Assembly: GCA_947476475.1 (NCBI GenBank)
Contig: CANJQT010000001.1
Coordinates: forward strand, 3,570-67,569
DNA: 64,000 bases
Direction: 5' to 3'
Source of the DNA: Paracoccaceae bacterium
GTDB taxonomy: Bacteria > Pseudomonadota > Alphaproteobacteria > Rhodobacterales > Rhodobacteraceae
Positions within the stretch are counted from its first letter, which is position 1, and each line of letters begins with the position of its first letter. Below are positions 58,369 to 64,000 of this stretch, piece after piece. The translations under genes were made by a program, and so were the position numbers. A model generated the notes under the pieces. That model did not search any database. It was given only the letters and a program-made list of their open reading frames with translations, and had not been told where the DNA came from.

Positions 58369-58739
58369 GTCCGGTCCTCCTCGGGGCGCAGGCCCCGCAT
58401 TACGGCGATATTCACATCAACCAACGCCTGCACCCCGCCGTGCCCGGCCAGCACCTTGCTAGATTGGGCGAGGGTGAATTCGGCCAGATAGAAGATCCGC
58501 GCCCGCAACGCCGGGAGCAACAGATTTGCTGGATCGGCAACGTCAGAAGCAAGTGCGATCCAGAGGGTACGGTTGTCGTGCAGCGCCTGGGCCAGGGCAC
58601 TGAAGGGGGCTTCGGGGGAAAGGGCGCTTTTCAGCAGCCGAGTGACGCGGGCAAATGCGTCATATTCAATGCTGCGTTCCGTTCTGGTCGGGGCAGCGCG
58701 GCCGGCATAGGCGGCCTTAGCCAAGAGTTGTGCGGTCAC
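58365..58739 (-). CDS. flaF: Flagellar regulator FlaF
   Basis: ALHDNRTLW...DVA..AN.L...LRARIFYLAEF. Confidence 0.92.
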   Translation of the reverse strand: MTAQLLAKAAYAGRAAPTRTERSIEYDAFARVTRLLKSALSPEAPFSALAQALHDNRTLWIALASDVADPANLLLPALRARIFYLAEFTLAQSSKVLAGHGGVQALVDVNIAVMRGLRPEEDRT

Positions 58740-58792
58740 TTCAGAACCTTCCGATGGCAATGTCAGGGGCGCGGCTTTGCCGCAGCGAGTGG

Positions 58793-58813
58793 GGGGCACC
58801 AGTCAGGTGCCCC
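58793..58813 (-). terminator. Hairpin between flagellin and flaF
   Basis: GGGGCACC-N5-GGTGCCCC just past the flagellin stop. Confidence 0.5.
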
Positions 58814-58822
58814 ACCGTTTCC

Positions 58823-60037
58823 TTACCCGCGGAACAGCGCCAGGATGTTCTGCGGTGCCTGGTTGGCGATCGACAGCGACTGGATGCCCAACTGCTGCTG
58901 GACCTGCAACGCCTGCAGACGGGCCGAGGCTTCTTCCATATCGGCATCCACCAGGGAACCGATACCGGCCTTCAGCGAATCCGAGAGCTGCTTGACGAAG
59001 GTGTTCTGGATGTCGATCCGGCTTTGGGCCGACCCGAATTCGGCGGCTGCGTTGATCCCGGTCTGGATCAGCGATTCGATATTGCCAAGCGCTGCTGCGG
59101 CGCCCGCCGCACTGGAAACGTTGATTGCAGACAGGGCCGACAGGCCGCCCGAACCGGCGTTCTTGAATTGGGCGCCAACAGTAAGATCGCGCGCGCTGGT
59201 GTTCGAGAAGGCCAGCGTGCCGGGCGTCCCACTGTCGTAGTTGATTGTCAGGCCGCTGATTCCAAGCGAGTCGATCGCATTCTTCAGTCCTACGGCGACG
59301 ATGTCGGACGGTGTGGTTGCCGCAGCATCGGCGGCGCTGACGGTATAGGTGGCGGTCTTGCCGCCAATCGTGACGCTCAGGCTGTCACCGGCGGCGAAAG
59401 CGTTGGCGCCAGAGGCGGCGATTTCTATCGTGCCGGTACCGGACGTGTTGTCCAGATTGAAGCCGGCTGTATCGCCATTTGCCGAAACGCCGGTAGAGGT
59501 GCCCAGCACGTTCTTGGCCGCATAGGCGCCGGTTGACAGGTTCTGGGCGTTGATCGCGATGGATGACGTAACCACGCTGCCGTTCGACTGGCGATCAAGC
59601 GAGGCAAGCACGTTCACAGTGGTCTGCGATCCGTCAACCAGGTTAAGCCCGTTAAACTGGGCCGCGCCAACCACCGTATTGATCTGCGAACGCAGAACGC
59701 CGATGTCGGTCTGGATCTTGGCGCGATCGACGTTCGATTCCTGGGCAGCGACGATCTTGCCCTTGATCTCGGTCATCAGGTCGGTGACGGTTTCGGCGGC
59801 CTTGCGGGCCACGGCCACGGTCGATTCCCCTAGCGAAAGGCTGTCAGAAATCCCCTTGAAGCTTTTCACATCCGATTCCATGACTTTGGAAATCGCCCAG
59901 ACCGCCGAATTGTCGCGCGCCGAGCCAACGCTTTTGCCGGTCGAAATCTCGTCCTGAGTCTTGTTCAGATTGGCGTTGATGCCGCGCAGCGTTTGCAGGG
60001 CGACCATCGAACTGGAGTTCGTCAGAATACTGGACAT
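58823..60037 (-). CDS. fliC: Flagellin
   Basis: MSSILTN...ARDNSAVWAI N-terminus; LVDADMEEASARLQALQVQQQL C-terminus. Confidence 0.95.
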   Translation of the reverse strand: MSSILTNSSSMVALQTLRGINANLNKTQDEISTGKSVGSARDNSAVWAISKVMESDVKSFKGISDSLSLGESTVAVARKAAETVTDLMTEIKGKIVAAQESNVDRAKIQTDIGVLRSQINTVVGAAQFNGLNLVDGSQTTVNVLASLDRQSNGSVVTSSIAINAQNLSTGAYAAKNVLGTSTGVSANGDTAGFNLDNTSGTGTIEIAASGANAFAAGDSLSVTIGGKTATYTVSAADAAATTPSDIVAVGLKNAIDSLGISGLTINYDSGTPGTLAFSNTSARDLTVGAQFKNAGSGGLSALSAINVSSAAGAAAALGNIESLIQTGINAAAEFGSAQSRIDIQNTFVKQLSDSLKAGIGSLVDADMEEASARLQALQVQQQLGIQSLSIANQAPQNILALFRG

Positions 60038-60189
60038 CGTCTTTCCTTCGCAGAAGGGGCGCTTTGCGCCCGACAAAGAGGAGCGCCGCAGTGCGGCGGT
60101 GACGGTTTTCTGACCGATGCGGGATGCGGCTTTTGCTGCTGCCCGCGCCACCCGGTTCAGGGTGCAGATCCGACCATCCCGCCCAAACC

Positions 60190-60204
60190 CTAAGTTTTCC
60201 CTAA
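60190..60204. promoter_or_regulatory. Degenerate CtrA-like box upstream of flagellin
   Basis: TTAG-N7-TTAG on the minus strand. Confidence 0.4.
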
Positions 60205-60243
60205 ACCTGCCGGATCAATGCGGAAAAGTTGATCCATCGCAGA

Positions 60244-60579
60244 TCATGCCCGCCTTTCGACCTTGCAGGTGAGGGCGCCATGATGGCTGGTGCGGCCGTC
60301 TGCCGCATAGGAGGTCAGCCCTTCATTCGCGGTACGGATCGCGGCCAGCCGCGTGATTGCTGCGCGCAATCCGTCCTGTACGGCGCGCAGCAGTCGATGG
60401 TTTTCGCTGGCCTGGGCCTGCAGCCCACGCAGCGCGGCCGCGTTCGCGCCTGCAAGCCGCGGCAGAACTGCCGCCTTGCGGTCAGCCAGACCCACCAGAC
60501 CATTCAGCTTTCCGGCCAGCAACAGCCCGCGTTCTTCTTGGAAAAGCGCGCGCAACTCTGTGAGGGGGTCATTGGCCAA
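60244..60579 (-). CDS. flgN: FlgN-like flagellar export chaperone
   Basis: Helical protein between flgJ and flagellin; TTG start. Confidence 0.65.
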   Translation of the reverse strand: MANDPLTELRALFQEERGLLLAGKLNGLVGLADRKAAVLPRLAGANAAALRGLQAQASENHRLLRAVQDGLRAAITRLAAIRTANEGLTSYAADGRTSHHGALTCKVERRA

Positions 60580-60589
60580 GGGTAGGATC

Positions 60590-60856
60590 CTACCGCGCCT
60601 TCAGCGCCGAAAAGATGCTTTCCGCCAGCCCGATTCCCCCGGAATGCGCCATGGCGCGGGCCTGCTCGCGCAGCAGAAAGGTGGAAAACTGTTCCTCGCC
60701 TGCACCACCACCGAATGAATCGCGCTGTGCGCCAGCGCCCATCGGCTTAAGCATTTCGGCCAGAAAACTGGCCTCAAGATCTTCGGCCGCCAGCCGAAGG
60801 GCCTGATCCCCCCGCGATGGGGAAAAGGGGAGCGGTACCACGGGCAGCAGATCCAT
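60590..60856 (-). CDS. flgJ: Rod-binding protein (short FlgJ)
   Basis: AAEDLEASFLAEMLK...SFGGGAGEEQF.TFL..EQA.AMA..GGIGLA; the C-terminal part of the 60590..61930 ORF call. Confidence 0.85.
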   Translation of the reverse strand: MDLLPVVPLPFSPSRGDQALRLAAEDLEASFLAEMLKPMGAGAQRDSFGGGAGEEQFSTFLLREQARAMAHSGGIGLAESIFSALKAR

Positions 60857-60965
60857 CCATCTTCTCCGATCAATGCATTTTGAGGCATTTGAACAGAAGG
60901 CGGTAAAGAAGCGGTAACCCGGCTTGGTCAATGTGCGGGGGCACAGGCAGAAGTCGTGGTGACAC

Positions 60966-62495
60966 ATGGAAGTTGCGGTAATTCCGTCGTTGCCCGGACC
61001 CGGTCCGGGGCTATTGAGGCCAGAAGTTGGTAAGGTGGGGGTGTCGGCCGATGCCGCACTGGGCTTTGGCGAGGCTTTTCTGGCGCTGGTTGAAACGACC
61101 GCGATAGACCCTTGCAGGGATGACGTCAGTGGTGAGCAGGATGCGGGCGAGGTGCCTGTGCAAGTGCCACCGATGTTTGCCGAAACCGCGTTGGTCTTGC
61201 CGGTGAACGCCCGGTGGCCCAATGGCACAGTTGCGGATGCTGAAAGCCCCGTGGCGCTGTTGCCGGTATCCTTTAGCGCCGCGGGGGGTAGCCCTGCGCA
61301 GGCAGCCACGCCGGAAGATCCGGTGCCAGAGCTGTGGCCGGACATGAAAAGGGGCAGCCAGATGCCGCTTCGATCCCAAGTGGGGCCGGAACCGCAGGCA
61401 GAACCGATCCAAACGCCGCCCAAGAGCACGCCACCGGCGACGGATTCGGACACCATAAAGGGGGCGGACAAGGCCGAAGCCTTGCCAGATCCGCAAAAGG
61501 CGGCTGTGCATGCGGAAATCCCACCCCCTTTCGCGCAAGAGTCACCGGGGAAATTGCGGAAGGGTGACTTTAACTGGCCCCGTCTACCGAATGGAAACCT
61601 GCCTGCGCACGAACGGGGGCAGGGTATTGTGCGTCGATCGCAGGCTTTTGGGCTTGATCGCCCGCACTGGCCGCACGAAGGGTTGCCGCCCGCTTGGCAG
61701 GCGTCGGGCACCGCACCGGACGGTGAAACGGAGGTCGCTGCGGTCATCGGCAGAGTGATGCAGGTGCTTCCGGATGCTTTGGCAGGGTCTGCCCCTGCTG
61801 TGGCGCAGGGCGAAGCGCGGCCAAAGAACGGGCAAGGTGCGCCGGTCTGGCGGGCTGAAGGTTCTGCCGCCCATCCGGCTGGGCTGTGGGACAGTCCCGC
61901 GCCCCGCCCCATGCACCCGGGTGCGCCCAAGGGTGTGGCGGAACTGCCGAACCCAGACGTTGCCGTCTTTTTGTCTGATCCGTTGCAGCCCTTTCCCGAG
62001 GCAAGGCCCGATGGCGGCGTGCAACCGGCCCATGGAACGGATCAGCCCGGCCCGCGCGGCTTTTGCCACAGCCTGCCCGCCAGCCTTCACAACCCGCACC
62101 CCATAGGCCTGCAACTGGCCAAAGAGATGCCGGTGACAGCGGGTCAGCAGGTGGAAATCACCCTTTCCCCCGAAGAGTTGGGAAAGGTGCGCATGACCTT
62201 GTCATCGGTCGATGGCGGGCTGACGATGCTTCTGGTGGCGGACCGCCCGGAAACGCTGGATCTGATGCGGCGCCACATTGACCAGCTTGCGCGGGACTTC
62301 CGCGACATGGGATTTGAGCTGCTGACCTTTGCCTTCGCCGATGGGCAGGGTGATCGCGCGCCTCCAGATCAGCCGCAGGCGCCGGACCCGCTGGCAGAGG
62401 CAGACCCGGTTTCTGCGCCCGGCCGATCCCGTATGCAGGTGATTGCCCCCACGCATTTTGCCACGCCGAATGACCGGCTTGATCTGCGCCTTTGA
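60966..62495 (+). CDS. fliK: Flagellar hook-length control protein
   Basis: Long Pro/Ala-rich region plus C-terminal ITLSPEELGKV...ETLDLMRRHIDQLARDF domain. Confidence 0.85.
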   Translation: MEVAVIPSLPGPGPGLLRPEVGKVGVSADAALGFGEAFLALVETTAIDPCRDDVSGEQDAGEVPVQVPPMFAETALVLPVNARWPNGTVADAESPVALLPVSFSAAGGSPAQAATPEDPVPELWPDMKRGSQMPLRSQVGPEPQAEPIQTPPKSTPPATDSDTIKGADKAEALPDPQKAAVHAEIPPPFAQESPGKLRKGDFNWPRLPNGNLPAHERGQGIVRRSQAFGLDRPHWPHEGLPPAWQASGTAPDGETEVAAVIGRVMQVLPDALAGSAPAVAQGEARPKNGQGAPVWRAEGSAAHPAGLWDSPAPRPMHPGAPKGVAELPNPDVAVFLSDPLQPFPEARPDGGVQPAHGTDQPGPRGFCHSLPASLHNPHPIGLQLAKEMPVTAGQQVEITLSPEELGKVRMTLSSVDGGLTMLLVADRPETLDLMRRHIDQLARDFRDMGFELLTFAFADGQGDRAPPDQPQAPDPLAEADPVSAPGRSRMQVIAPTHFATPNDRLDLRL

Positions 62496-62506
62496 AGGAG
62501 ACAGCG

Positions 62507-63178
62507 ATGACCGTCAGCGCCCCCCGCGAAGCTTTTCAGTCTGCCGCGCCTGCACTTGCGCCAAGGCCGGAGGCGGCGAAACCCTCGTCCGACTACCAGA
62601 TGTTTCTCAAGATGCTGACCACCCAGATGAAGAACCAGGATCCGCTGAACCCGATCGAATCGTCGGATTACGCGGTGCAACTGGCCACATTTTCCGGGGT
62701 CGAGCAGCAGGTGAGGACCAATGATCTTCTGACCGCCCTGACCGGACAGCTGGGGGCTGCTTCGATGGGGCAATATGCCGCCTGGGTCGGAATGGAAGCG
62801 CGCGCGGCAATGTCGGCCGCCTATGACGGCACACCGCTGACCCTGTATCCGGCGCCGGCGCAAGGGGCGGAACGGACGGTGCTGGTGGCTTATGATGCGC
62901 AAAACCGTGAGGTTATGCGGCAGGAAATTCCGGTTTCAGCCGATCCGGTACAATGGACGGGTCAGACCGCGACCGGCGGGCAGGTCCTGCCGGGCACCTA
63001 CACGTTCAAGCTGGAAAGCTATGTCGCAGGCGAAGTGAAAGCCTTGGACTTGGTCGAACTGTTTGGCAGGATCACCGAGGTGCGGCAGGAGGCTGGCGGG
63101 CCGGTGCTGGCCACGGCGGGTGGCGGATTGGTTGCCCCGGCTGCGGTCAAGGCGCTCAGGCCGGCCGCCACACCCTGA
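62507..63178 (+). CDS. flgD: Flagellar hook capping protein
   Basis: FLKMLTTQMKNQDPLNP, QLATFSGVEQ; SD AAGGAG. Confidence 0.92.
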   Translation: MTVSAPREAFQSAAPALAPRPEAAKPSSDYQMFLKMLTTQMKNQDPLNPIESSDYAVQLATFSGVEQQVRTNDLLTALTGQLGAASMGQYAAWVGMEARAAMSAAYDGTPLTLYPAPAQGAERTVLVAYDAQNREVMRQEIPVSADPVQWTGQTATGGQVLPGTYTFKLESYVAGEVKALDLVELFGRITEVRQEAGGPVLATAGGGLVAPAAVKALRPAATP

Positions 63179-63185
63179 GGGCGGG

Positions 63186-64000
63186 CTAAAGCTTCAGAAT
63201 CATCGCCAGCGCCGCCCCCGCCCCGGCACAAGCGAGGCCGATCAGGATCGTGCCCAGCGGCCAGCGGCGCGGGGCGGCTGCAGTTGCAGGTGCCGTCATC
63301 TGCCGGGTCAGAAGTGCCTCGGCGATCTGCGGCAGTTTGGGGCCGAACCGGCCCAGCACCTGCACGGTTTTCAGCAAGTCGCGCACCAGGGCCTGCGGCC
63401 CTATGTTGCGGCGGACGTAATCTTCGACCACCGGACGGGCCACCTGCCAGATGTTGACATGCGGGTCGAGTGAGCGGGCCACCCCTTCGACCACCACCAT
63501 CGTGCGTTGCAACAGGATCAGTTCGGTCCGGGTTTCCATGCCGAACCGCTGGGTCACCTCGAACAGGTAAGACAGCAGATTGGCCATCGATATCTGGTTG
63601 GCCTCCATCCCGGCGATCGGCTCGCCCACCGCGCGCAACGCACGGGCGAATTCGTGGATGTCGCGGTCGGCCGGCACATAGCCCGCTTCGAAATGCACCT
63701 CGGCCACGCGCACATAGTCGCGGCGGATGAAGCCCATGAGAATTTCGGCATAGACCCGGCGGGTATAGGCGTCGATCGCCCCCATGATCCCGAAATCATA
63801 GGCGATGATGTCACCATTGGCGGCCACCTTCAGGTTGCCCTGATGCATGTCAGCGTGAAAATAGCCGTCGCGCAGCGCATGGCTGAGGAACAGTTCCAGC
63901 ACCCGTGCGGCCAGTGCCGCACAATCGTGTCCAGCTGCCCGGATCGCCGCCACATCGCCAAAGGCTATCCCTTCGGCCCAGCCCATCGTCATCACCCGCC
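63186..64000 (-). CDS. ubiB: Ubiquinone biosynthesis kinase-like protein (5' part outside the window)
   Basis: GYFHADMHQGN, DFGIMG ABC1/UbiB motifs. Confidence 0.9.
   Translation of the reverse strand, partial: RVMTMGWAEGIAFGDVAAIRAAGHDCAALAARVLELFLSHALRDGYFHADMHQGNLKVAANGDIIAYDFGIMGAIDAYTRRVYAEILMGFIRRDYVRVAEVHFEAGYVPADRDIHEFARALRAVGEPIAGMEANQISMANLLSYLFEVTQRFGMETRTELILLQRTMVVVEGVARSLDPHVNIWQVARPVVEDYVRRNIGPQALVRDLLKTVQVLGRFGPKLPQIAEALLTRQMTAPATAAAPRRWPLGTILIGLACAGAGAALAMILKL

Noticed and set aside
60857-61930. N-terminal 358 codons of ORF 60590..61930
   Set aside because: Antisense to fliK; only 60590..60856 encodes the FlgJ-like protein.

Overview
High-GC alphaproteobacterial chromosome, probably Rhodobacteraceae (inferred from gene order, the fla-type cluster and CtrA/LexA motifs). 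Most of the window is housekeeping: map, cinA-like/GNAT/ompA, lysR, pgsA-moaDE, ubiA/rsmE/gshA, an MsbA-like ABC exporter, rlmN, gltX, nadE, a MORN-repeat protein, leuA with a Leu-rich leader peptide, mreBCD-mrdA-rodA, ghrA, a tandem glycine riboswitch with gcvTHP, part of a flagellar cluster, and ubiB. The main accessory feature is a 7,940-bp element integrated at the 3' end of tRNA-Ala(CGC), bounded by a 16-bp att repeat (40180/48120). It carries a P4-like integrase, then a sigma70 promoter with a perfect alphaproteobacterial LexA box, a ~118-nt leader ending in a terminator, alpA, a winged-helix gene, a small HTH initiator-like gene with four internal iteron-like repeats, two tandem cos-like motifs, a small Cys-rich ORF and an MmeI-like Type IIL restriction-modification gene with low-GC patches in its specificity regions. 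I read this as a candidate minimal, SOS-inducible phage satellite carrying a defence gene; the satellite and cos calls are inference. Other points: an orphan perfect CtrA box, a two-copy dispersed palindromic repeat, a low-GC homocysteine methyltransferase gene and a GT2-methyltransferase fusion. No database searches could be run, so family names come from motif recognition.
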